NCBI GenBank assembly: GCA_048128005.1
Contig: JBEUKZ010000054.1
Coordinates: forward strand, 1,302,001 to 1,366,000
Length of the DNA: 64,000 nt
Origin: Veleropilina oligotropha
Lineage: Eukaryota
Direction of reading: 5' to 3'
Shown here piece by piece: positions 49,801 through 60,900 of this stretch. The notes beneath the pieces were generated by a model. It was not told where the DNA came from. It was given only the letters and a program-made list of their open reading frames with translations, and did not search any database. Each line of letters starts with the position of its first letter. The first letter of the stretch is position 1. The position numbers and the translations under genes were made by a program.

Positions 49801-52800
49801 CAACCATCTTGCACTGGGTACGTATGATCGGACACGCACAATCTCGCACTGGGTACGTAAGAGAAGCAACCATCTCGAACTCGCACTGGGTATGTATGAG
49901 GGACACACGCCAGTCCCCAACCATCTCGCTCTGGGTATGTATGATCGGACACGCACCATCTCACACTGCGTATGTATGATCGGACATGCACAATTTCGCA
50001 CTGGATATGTATGAGGGACGCCGATCCACAACCATCTCGCACTGGGTATTTATATGATAGGGTCGACACACACCATCTCGCACTGGGTACGTAAGAGAAC
50101 CAACCATCTCGCACTAGGTACTTGAGTTAAGAGAAGCAAAGTCCCCCAACCATTTCACACTTGGTACTTAAGTTAAGAGAAGCAGTCCCCCAACCATCTC
50201 GCACTGGGTACTTAAGAGAAGCAAAGTCCCCCAACCATTTCACACTGGGTGCGTAAGAGAAGCAATCATCTCGCACTGGATATGTATGATCGGACATGCA
50301 CCATCTCGCACTGGGTACGTATGAGGGACACGCCAGTCCCTAACCATCTCGCACTGGGTACTTAAGTTAAGAGAAGCAAAGTCCCCAACCATTTCACACT
50401 GAGTCCGCGCAACTATAGGCCCGTGTTCATTCTTCATTTATAGAAGACCCATGAGTATGTAATACTGTCCTGCCACTTTACAAATTACAAGTCAAGTTGC
50501 AACTTTGCCATAAATCATTTCTGCTTAAACAGTTTACGCTTTGTTTGAAAGTGTTACTTTTATCAAACAAGATTTTAGTTCTTTAATTGTTAAATATAAA
50601 TCGTCATGAGTTAATCATTACAAAATAAAGCCAGTCTGGTACCCTGTTGTTAGTCATAAAGCCAGTCATAAAGCGCTGACCTGGTACCCTGTTGTTATAC
50701 ATAAAGCTCGTCTGGTACCCTGTTGTTAGTCATAAAGCCAGTCATAAAGCGCTGATCTGGTACCCTGTTGTTAGTCACGTCGTGAATAACGCTGACCTGG
50801 TACCCTGTTGTTAGTGACATCGTGAATAGCGTTGATCTGGTACCCTATTGTTAGTCACATCGTGAATAGTGCTGACCTGGTACCCTGTTGTTAGACACAT
50901 CGTGAATAGCGCTGACCTGGTACCCTCTTGTTAGTCACATCGTGAATAGCGCTGACGTGGTACCGTAACCCTGTTGTTAGTCACATCGTGAATAGCGCTG
51001 ACCTGTTACCCTGTTGTTAGTCACATCGTGAATAGCGCTGACCTGGTTAGTCACATCGTGAATAGCGCTGACCTGGTACCCTGTTGTTAGTACATCGTGA
51101 ATAGCGCTGACCTGGTACCCTGTTGTTAGTCACATCGTGAATAGCGCTGACCTGGTACCCTGTTGTTAGTCACGTCGTGAATAGCGCTGACCTGGTACCC
51201 TGTTGTTAGTCACGTCGTGAATTACGCTGACCTGGTACCCTGTTGTTAGTCACATCGTGAATAGCGCTGACGTGGTACCCTGTTGTTAGTCACATCGTGA
51301 ATAGCGCTGACCTGGTACCCTGTTGTTAGTCACATCGTGCATAGCGCTGACCTGGTACCCTGTTGTTATTCACATCGTGAATAGCGCTGACCTGATACCC
51401 TGTTGTTATAGTCACATCGTGAATAGCGCTGACCAGTTGGTAATGGAAAATTCCTAGAGTTATCCACTCACTTGCCAGTAAAATTAATTTTGAGATATGT
51501 CCTACCACTCAATAAATTGAACAGTTTAATTGACAGTCGAAAAACTTTGTTACTACATAATCATTTTCCGATACATATATATACATCTAACGCTGTAGAT
51601 AATACACATGGGATGCATTGTTTTGTAAACCACATCACAAGAAAACTTCAATTTTCAAGTGTGCACAGCGGTAATAGCCTGTTTATTTATTCAGCTGAGA
51701 AACGAGATGGTGCTTGGGTGAAATGGACATACCAGGAATACTACGAGATGTCCCGCAAAGTTGCAAAAGCTCTACTAACGGCAAGTCTGTCTATCTGTTC
51801 AGGGGCGTAGGAACAGGTCCGGCAGGCCCAGCGGCTGCCAGACCAATAATTTCGCTGAAAATGTGATTTTTTAAATTGAATATTTGTCTACAAAAACTCT
51901 TATATTTTGGGGCAAATAAAATGGTCAATATATAGCCCAGAATGCAGGAAAATGCATCTAAGACCTTCTACAGTTAAACAAATTCCGGGCGGCGGCATGT
52001 CCCTGGATCCCCCTAGCAGGTTCGGGCCCTCAATGCTCACGGCCTTCGGCCGTTCGCCTATGCATCCCTTGCATAATATTTGCCGGACCAATGTCAATTT
52101 ACTTCCGACGCCCCTGCTGTTAGAGTTGTTAGGAACAGCATTTTAATCATGTTTAGAGTACTTATTAACACCAGCCTTTATTAAAAGTACTGCTTTAATG
52201 GTAAGGCATGCAGTTTCATGATGAAGATAGTTATAGTTATGGCCATTGAAATATGAACAATTGACTTCTTTGTGCCATAACTCTGTTTTCATGCATTATT
52301 TGCCAAACTTTGTAAGGGCCAGGGCCGTAGCCAGAGTCTAATTCAAGACGAGGCGAAATGTTGAAAATTGGGGGGGGGGGGCAATAGCGAACGGCCTTCG
52401 AGGGCCTGAACTTCCTAGGGGGTTCGGGGGCATGTCCCCCGGAAATTTTTTAACTGTAGAAGGTCTTAGATGCGTTTTCCTGCATTCTGGGCTATATATT
52501 GACCATTTTATTTGCCTCATAATTGGAGAGTTTTGGGAGACAGGTATGCCTACTTCAATAGTGGGGGGGGGGGGCAAAATCATACTTATGCCACCCTCCT
52601 CCACTTCCTATGCCTATGCCTGCGGATAGGTGGGTTCGGGGGCATGCTTCCCGGGAATATCCAAATGCTCTGAAAAGAAATGCAGTTTCCAGCGTTTTCA
52701 GGCTTCAAATTCATGCTTCAATTGGGCAAATAATGACGCAAAATAAAGTGCTGCATATAAATTTGTTAAATAAAATTATTAATTAAATGCCCCCCCCCCC

Positions 52801-55800
52801 CCCCCCCGAGGGATGACGAGAAGAATAATATATTACATACCTTATTCTTTAGTCAACTGTGCCCAAATGCCGACCCTCCTGTGACCGGACTTTCAAAACG
52901 ACCAATGGGTCTATTTTAATATCCCTGCAAATAAAGTGAGACAACTGTGACATTGTTATATGTGTGTAGGGGTGAATTCCATATGTTGTTATGCAATGAA
53001 TTAGCAGCTTACTATAATTATTGATACAAAGTTATTTTGTAAGTAATCTTATGTCATAAATGTTTAATTTATCTATGTCTATCTCATGTAACCGACGAAA
53101 GATTACACTACAATTAGATAGGTACATGTAGTATATATAAGTTATTAACCTTCTAATATAAGCCAGTGCCAAACCCTGTAGTCGCTTTTCTCCCATTGAT
53201 GTCCTGGTGTAGTCCTTCAATCTTCTTACGCTGCTGAATGATCTCTCACAGGAAACCGACCCAACAGGTAGTACTAGCAACAGTTGTAAGATTGATGCTA
53301 TGTTTGGGTAGTACACAGGATCACACAGAGCTACAGTGTCTTGCAAAGAACTGGATGCACGTTGCACTGGTTCCATGGTATTAATAAAATGCTTCCATCG
53401 AATAAGCTAAAAAAAGATCAGACTTTGTCTTATTTACAAGATTATAATATGTTACTTATAAGAACATTTTGTAATTATAACATGCTGAACAAAATTATAG
53501 TTACGCCAAACATGCCTTGCATTATCTACATTGTGGAATTCCAAATGAAGTAAATTAATCAATTGACTATTTATTAATACTCCATACAGAAGTGATATTT
53601 CATCACCGAACAAAACTATCTTTGCACACTGATATTGAATGAATTATGTAATACCTCAGTCTCAAAGTCAGAGGATGCTGGCATATTTTCTTCAAATTCA
53701 TCTTTGATTGCTTCTTCCATTTTCTTGTTCATTTCTTGCACTTGTGATGGTAGAAGGAAAGAAGCCACGAGAGCACCAGATATTCCTTCTGAGAATCTTT
53801 CATCCAAATGACGTATCACATGGTCTAGAAAAGCAAATTAGAAGTTAATCTTATAGTATGACTTGATAGCCATTTCCTCAGACATGTTTAGTAGACAGTG
53901 GGTGCATAAACGACAGGATGTACTGAGAGATGACAGCTGATACAATATAATTAAATTGGCTCATGCCCGAAAGGAAGCCAGCAGCATCATGATTACTCTT
54001 TCCAGTCGATTGGTTTTGAACTTCATGTACTGCATTATAGATGACGTTGTAGTAGGTCAACAGTGTGTTTATTGAATCGATTCTAGCTAACCAATGCGTA
54101 TCACTCGGTGTTGGAAGGCTTCGGTAATGGGGTGGCGCAGGCTGATTACTATCTTGCTCTGGTTGTGGTAAATCTGCTAAAAGGACGTGTGAGATGTTTT
54201 CCATCAAAAGCCTTTTAGAATAGACTTTCGTTTTGCGCTATATGAGAAAAATAATGTCAGTTGTTGGAATGAAGTCATGAAGTTTATAATGTCAGGAACT
54301 GAATTGCATGAGGCTACCACTACCAAGTTTAGGCAGTGATTTCTACAATGTGTAAAGTACTTAGCTTTTGGAAACTGTTATTTTACTCTTTTCTGCACAC
54401 CACTGGTTGAGCCACTCATAGTTGAAGCTCCATCATAGCCTTGACCACTCCACTTATCTACAGTTTTTATCAGTTTTTATCAGTTTTTCAAAAAGTGCAT
54501 CGCTAATTGTTTTGGCATCAGTTCGTTGAAGTTCTACGAATCCTAGAAATGTTTCTTGTACTTGAAGGTCTGCTCCCAAATAACGCATACATATGCTCAG
54601 TTGTTCAACTTTGCCAGCATCAGTTGTCTCGTCCGCCATGATGCTTATGAATTTTGATGCACTTGAATCATCAAGAATTTGATTCAGAACTTGTTTACCA
54701 ATCAAATCGACCAATTCGTTCTGAATTTGTGGAGACAATGCTGTTGAAGGTGCATTTGCAGGCTTTCATCAAATGGTGCTTTCCAGTGCATGTAGTACTT
54801 GAAGTTTCCATCTTCAGACTTTGTTTCTTTGTTCCACAAACCTCTAAATGGTAGTCCCCGATGAGCTAGTATTATTATGACATCAATAATGGACAATAGT
54901 GCTGCTTTATTTTTCTTTACTGCATCTGCATAAGCATTGCTCACATCTTCTTTAATGGACTTTTTCTTGCCTTGCGATACTGACTGGAATTCTGATGCTT
55001 TTTGCATTGCATCCAAGTGTCTTTTTGTTAAACAGTGTCCAGTTAGAATTCCTCGTTGTTTGCCCGTAGCATTTTTCCAGTCAGAGAAGGGCTTGTTCAC
55101 GAGTTCTTCATTTTCTGACAATTTTTGTCCAAATGTCACACATACACAACAATAACAACCATCCTGTGACTTTGAGTATTTAAGCCATGGAAATTTGTCA
55201 AGGTAAGAATATTGAAAACTATGACCATTTTTAATTTTTGGTCCTGTAAATCCTGGTGTGGGCCGAAATGTAGTGGTTGACAGCAGATGCAGTTTTTTCG
55301 TTGTCTGTCAATTCTTTATTAACATATATCCAGATGTTATCTTCATCTACTTGACCTGAAAGACAATAGAGAATATTTAATTATAATACAATGTTAGGGA
55401 AGACTATGCCAATATTATTGTGTCATCATAAGACTGATTGCCAGCCAGAGAGTACATTCTTGTAGTACAAGTGTTTGTAAGTTTGCTCTATATATGCCTA
55501 ATTTCATTTTCAGAAGGTTGTGATGCAAATATCTATTGTGCAGTATGTGGCATTAGGCCTAAATAATACTACCTTCACTGCCGGTGTCTTCATTATTGAT
55601 ACATGGCCTCTAGCTCTACATTTATTTCTTCATCTGCTACATTTTCTTCACTGACTTCCACTGGATGCTGTGAAAATTTAATTAATTATACAAAACCAGG
55701 ATACACATGATAACATTATCACAGGGAACAAAATAAGTGACTCTGACGCTAAGGGCAGGTAACCCATAAAGCATAAAGAAAATAAATTAGAGTTAGATCC

Positions 55801-57610
55801 TGTGCTGAATTATTGAAATCACAGAATGTCTAGGTGTCTAGATACTCTGTATAGTAGGCTATGGTATAGTAGCATTACCAAAGAAGGTGAAAGGGGCGAA
55901 AGTGAATGGTTGTGTGAACTAATATACTACCCACACCAATACTAAACTTTATTTTACTCTGTTCACTGAACAAATATATATCGTGAATAAAACACGTGTA
56001 CACTACATGTAGGGCCTATTCCATTGATTCCAATTGTCAATTTGAATTAGACTATTTTATCCTATCTATACACCTATTTATACACCATAATTCGTAAACA
56101 ATTTAGATATTTACCAGATTAAATTATATTAACAGTGAATTAACTTACATAATTTCCTTCTCTTGGGTCCCCAAAAGTCGATCAATGTTCTTGGACGTGC
56201 AGCCATCTTGACAGGAATTGAAAACTTTTCGCTCTCTGAGTATTGTACGTAGTTCCCTTTTTGTGCAGACGAAAATAGATCCCTGTCTACACGTTTATTT
56301 CGTATATTCATCAACATTTAATTGTATGAAATGGTAATACCAATTTGTTTGAAAGCATTATTATAATATATTCGTAATATGTAACTATTGTATTGTGCTG
56401 AATTATCGAATTCGACTCGTATGTCGCGTATGTATATTGTGAAATGCCTGCTGTCTGTTTCGGCGTCTGCTATGCGTCCATGCGTCGTTTATTATTAAGA
56501 AGACGATATGTACATTATAATGTTTATGTGTACAATTTTAAGATATTACGTTGATTGAAATGACAAATGTAGACGTTCCGTCCGAATTGAGAAAGTAATC
56601 CAAGTATAGCCCACTCACCTGTAATATTATAAGCAGCCCAAAGTCGGTACGAATATATTATAATAACGTGTAGACACTCACAGGGATCTATTTTCGTCTG
56701 CACAAAAAGGAAACTACAATACTTGAACAGAACATATTTGACAATTTCGATGTTATCGCTAAAAGTGTGCGGCTAAAATATACGGATGCTAGCGTGGATC
56801 GTCATAACAAACTTTATTGAAAACATATCACCTACGGTTGTTAATGGGGAAAAAATTACACGGTCAACAGTTGGATTTCTCCCCGGATTTTTCTTACTTT
56901 ATATGATCAATTAATACTAGTTTTTATTTATTTATAAGGTAAGTAATATACAGCAGGAAATTAAACATGTCTTAGGAAAATAGGACCGAGGCAGTACCCT
57001 CGGTTGCCTCAATGCTAGCTACGGGCCTGAGGGCCTGTGAATTATTTTGGTATTTTGGTCATTTTCGGATTCAAGATGGCCGTCGTGAGAGCTAGCTCGC
57101 GCGGGAACCCATGATACACATCTCGAGTTTTGGTATTGTGGATGTTGCTAGTAACTCTGTGATTTTGGGTAGTTTGCCGTTTAAGGGTCCCCAGGGTACT
57201 ATTCGTTCATATACCCATGATAAATATCCAATTTGGACATGATTTATGGACATTACCTTACAATATGGGCATTAGGGTTTAGGAGTATATTCTATGGGCA
57301 TTAGGGTCAGTGTATTAGTAAGCAGGGCTCGCTAACCCTGTACTGGGGACCCTTAAACTGCAAGTGCCCCATGATTTTATGTCCTTGGCATTGATGAGCG
57401 CCTGCTTTCTGTGGTGTCATGTCCTTGATGTTTGCTCTCTCTCTGCTGTTCATGACCTTGATATTTGCTTGCTTTCTGTAGTATATGACCTTGACCTTGA
57501 TGTTTCGCTTCTCTCTTCCAGCTGGGAGTGGAGCAGTACCATGGCGTGGGCATTCTGGGATTTAACTCCCCCGAGTGGATGTTTACTTGTCTTGGTTCAT
57601 TATTTGCTGG
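46825..57610 (+). CDS. ACSBG2: ACSBG-family gene B, 3'-partial; join(46825..46844?,48397..48482,49656..49817,51695..51780,57522..57610)
   Basis: The joined frame reads METEMSR-TKAEGKSEVNGS...GSN-DPAKLADASDFVCTKRDGAVKLRL...NHLAL-AEKRDGAWVKWTYQEYYEMSRKVAKALLT-LGVEQYHGVGILGFNSPEWMFTCLGSLFAG. The last three exons are typical ACSBG N-terminal sequence. The first two are inferred only from splice signals and phase. Confidence 0.8.
46878..47142. repeat. ~16-19-bp minisatellite
   Basis: AGTTGTCCATATCACATGC variants. Confidence 0.9.
48397..48482 (+). CDS. Putative gene B exon (TKAEGKSEVNGSIIDNKQDTTMTAVGSN)
   Basis: tttccag acceptor, gtaagg donor, open frame, phase 1 matches the 49656 exon; alternative ATG at 48461. 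Confidence 0.6.
48654..49147. repeat. 31-bp minisatellite x~16
   Basis: GATGAGTGGCGTACTCTGTGAGTATAAGCTT. Confidence 0.95.
49656..49817 (+). CDS. ACSBG2: ACSBG gene B exon (PAKLADASDFVCTKRDGAVKLRL...PNHLAL)
   Basis: actttcag acceptor, gtacgt donor; DGAVKLR motif. Confidence 0.85.
49796..50404 (+). repeat. Donor-junction mosaic array of gene B exon 49656-49817, ~16 cores
   Basis: Core ACCATCTCGCACTGG|GTA with a few alternating spacer types. Confidence 0.92.
50630..51434. repeat. 40-bp minisatellite x~19
   Basis: CTGGTACCCTGTTGTTAGTCACATCGTGAATAGCGCTGAC. Confidence 0.95.
51695..51780 (+). CDS. ACSBG2: ACSBG gene B exon (EKRDGAWVKWTYQEYY...AKALLT), GC donor
   Basis: ttattcag acceptor; ACG|GCAAGT donor required to join LGVEQYHG in frame. 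Confidence 0.85.
51800..52116. mobile_element. hAT-like MITE with 5-bp TSD (CTGTT)
   Basis: TIR CAGGGGCGTAGGAA / TTCCGACGCCCCTG; shares an internal block with the end of the 52320 element. Confidence 0.8.
52320..57029 (-). mobile_element. hAT transposon (hAT5-like, 5-bp TSD AGGGC) with a decayed ZMYM/DUF4371-type transposase
   Basis: TIR CAGGGCCGTAGC / GCTACGGGCCTG; fragments include a TTF-type zinc finger, SPQIQNE, ADETTD, GYDGA and SCERSFS dimerization motif at ~53030-55320. Confidence 0.85.
56250..56716. mobile_element. MITE-like inverted-repeat element inside the hAT
   Basis: ~37-bp IR TAGTTCCCTTTTTGTGCAGACGAAAATAGATCCCTGT. Confidence 0.6.
57185..57352. mobile_element. Small TTAA-flanked MITE
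   Basis: TTAA-GGGTCCCCAG...CTGGGGACCC-TTAA. Confidence 0.65.
57522..57610 (+). CDS. ACSBG2: ACSBG gene B exon (LGVEQYHGVGILGFNSPEWMFTCLGSLFAG)
   Basis: ctcttccag acceptor, gtaagt donor; GILGFNSPEW motif. Confidence 0.9.
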
Positions 57611-57964
57611 GTAAGTGTTCGCCAAGCTAGTGTGGTCACAAAACTGCATTGACCACAAATCTGTAATTGCTGAGTGTGTCTTTTAGTGAATGTCTGAATT
57701 ATGGTTGCTGATTGCAAGAGATGATCATGATTATAAGTTATTAAGGCCATTCTCAATCCATTATAAATTAAATGCGTAATTCTGAACCGCGATATCTTGC
57801 ATGGATCCAAAATGTAAACTAATGTAAAATATGTAATTGTAATAAACTCCTACTCTTTATTAGTGTCTGAAACTAATTCTCGTGGAATAACTTTCAATAT
57901 GGTTAGGCAAATCATTGGTCAAAACAATAGATGTCATAACAATGGTTATAATCAAGTAATGGTT

Positions 57965-60900
57965 TTTAACCCCAGGCAGCCTAAAAAAGGCTGGGGTTAT
58001 ATTGTCATCGCCCGAGGCAGGCGGGCGAAGGATTTGTCAGGATCATATCTCGGCTTGTATGTATGTGAGCTTCATGAAACTTGGTATGCTAACTGACCAT
58101 GACCTACCCTAGCGCATGGGTTACAAATTATACAGAGAGGATAGAACAGATACTTTAAATGGCAGAGGGGTACTGCTATACATAAAAGAAGAACTAAATT
58201 CTGTTTCTCGTGACGATTTTAAAATAAACTCTTTTCAAAATTCAGTTTGGTGCGAAATTTTGGCCAGTAATAAAAGAGATTCCACAATTGTCGGTATTAT
58301 TTACCGTTCACCAAATAGCCCAGAAGAGAATAGTGCTAACTTAAACAAAACGTTAGCGAGAGTGAGTAACTGTAAACTAAACGTATTAGTTATGGGAGAC
58401 TTTAACTACCCGGATATAAGTTGGAAAAATTTGCATAGTGGGAAAGCAGGCAATGACTTTTTAACAACAATGCAAAATGGATTTATGCATCAACATGTGG
58501 ATTTCCCAACTAGAGGTAACAATGTATTAGATTTAGTGTTTTCCAGTGAATTAAATATGGTTCAAAACATAAGCAGAATTGGTAAACTTGGAAGTAGTGA
58601 TCATGACTTGATTGAATTTCAGCTACACACAAAAACAACTATGAAAACAAGCAAACAAGAAATACCAGATTTTCGAAAAGCAGACTTTGACAAAATTAAG
58701 TCAGATTTCCGGAATATAAACTGGGGAGAATTTGAAAACCTAAATGCTAAAGAAGGTTGGGAAACTTTTCGAATTAACATCGAAGAAATAATGAAAGTAA
58801 ATGTTCCACTAAAGTGTAGACGCAAACAGCATTCACCACCATGGCTAACCAGGAAAGTAAGAAAAATTATCAGAAGGAAATATAAGCGTTGGAAACGATA
58901 CAGGGAGTCACATGACACAGATGACCACCAAAAATATAAAGAATGTGAAAAAACGTGTAAAAAAGAAATCCGAGCAGCCAAGAAATGTTTTGAAGAAAAT
59001 CTAGCAAAAAACATCAAAGAAAATCCAAAATCATTTTATGCTTATATTAGGTCAAAACAAAAAACAAAAGATGTCGTAGGTCCCCTGAAAGATGAAAAGG
59101 GAAATTCTATATGAGATGATTCACAAATCGCAGAATCCTTAAACAAATATTTTGCATCTGTCTATACGTTGGAGGATACGGTAAACATGCCACCAGAAAA
59201 ACATATCTTTCGAGAAAAGGAAAACTTTTGTGAAAGTATTGAGATTACGACTGAAATGGTTGAAAAAAAGATAAACTTACTAAATGTCAGTAAAGCTCCA
59301 GGTCCAGACAATATATATCCCAAATTGCTGAAAGCCGGTAAGGAAGAATTAGTAAAGCCATTAACCATGCTATTCAATAAATCATTAAAAGAAGGAAGTT
59401 TGCCTGATGACTGGAAAATTGGTAATATTACCCCAATCTTTAAGAAGGGAAGTAGGTCAAACACCCAAAATTATCGACCTATTAGTCTGACATCAATAGT
59501 AGGCAAGATCATGGAATCTATCTTAAAGGATGCTATCTTACAACACATTATTAAATTTGACTTGCTAAACCTTAGTCAGCATGGGTTTATGGCGAAACGG
59601 TCTTGTTTAACCAACTTACTGGAATTTTTTGAAGATGTAACAACCGCCATAGATACGGGCAAACCAGTTGATATAATATATCTTGATTTTCAAAAGGCAT
59701 TCGACAAAGTACCACATAAACGGCTGATACAAAAATTAAGTAACCATGGTATGAAAGGTCCAATATTAAACTGGATAAGGATGTGGCTAGAAAATAGAAA
59801 ACAGAGGGTTGTAATAAATGGGATCAAGTCAAAGTGGGAGCCGGTACTAAGTGGAGTCCCACAAGGTTCTGTTTTGGGCCCATTGCTGTTTCTTATATAT
59901 TTAAATGACATTGATGACGTCATTACGTCTCTTGTAAAAAAGTTTGCAGACGATACCAAATTGTACAGAATTGTTGAAACTGAAGAAGATGCAAAAACAC
60001 TTCAAAGTGATTTAAACAATCTGGTAAAATGGTCAGAGGATTGGCAAATGCTTTTTAACACCAGTAAATGTAAGGTATTGCATGCGGGTTATAACAACAA
60101 AACTTTCAATTATAAAATGGGTTCAGATACCTTAGAAGTAGTAACAAAAGAGAAAGATTTGGGTGTATGGGTAGACAATACGTTTAAACCATCAAATCAA
60201 TGTGCAGAATCAGCTAAAAAGGGAAATCAAATATTGGGAATGATAAAGAGAAACTTTAATTTTAAATCCAGAGTCATCATAACACACTTATACAAGCAAA
60301 TGGTTAGACCGTATTTAGAATATGCAGTGCAAGCATGGAGCCCATATCTTGCAAAGGATATCAAAATTCTTGAACAAGTTCAAAGAAGAGCCACAAAATT
60401 GATAGGCGAATTAAGAGAATTACCTTATGAGGATAGACTAAGAGCACTTAACCTCACAACATTGTCTTTGAGAAGGACACGGGGGGATATGATTCAGGTA
60501 TTTAAAATGTTTACAGGAATTGACAATGTTGACAGTACTTTCTTTTTTCAGATGAACCAAAGACCGACCAGGGGCCATAAATACAAAGTTTACAAAAAAA
60601 GATTCCGACTCGACGTTAGGAAACACTTTTTCTCAAATCGGGTTGTCGATGAATGGAACAGTCTTCCTAGTAATGTAGTAGAATCAACATCTGTAAACCA
60701 ATTTAAAAACCGCATAGATGATTATTTTAAGAAACAGGGCAGGCTATAGATGACCAGAAACGACAATGGGTTTTAATATGAGTGGCAGTAATGCACTTCC
60801 TAAACCCAAACAAATTCTATTTAAAAATATTTAAATCTATTTAAATAGCGATATAATTTTCCGTGTGTGACCTTTGACCTTGCCGTTTTGACCTTTGACA

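Noticed and set aside
49259..50014. 251-aa ORF as a single-exon gene
   Set aside because: Only 49656-49817 is ACSBG-like; the rest is intron read-through and the donor array.
49796..50404. CRISPR-like repeat-spacer array
   Set aside because: Eukaryotic intron; spacers recur and vary in length, the repeat is an exon end plus splice donor, and there are no cas genes.
50630..51434. 40-bp array as another splice-junction array
   Set aside because: It ends 260 bp before the acceptor and shares only short words with it; no exon sequence in the unit.
58116..59168. Separate endonuclease gene, or programmed TGA readthrough at 59112
   Set aside because: The ATG comes from the host HINE, and the sister copy has TCC (Ser) at this position, so the TGA is an ordinary nonsense mutation.
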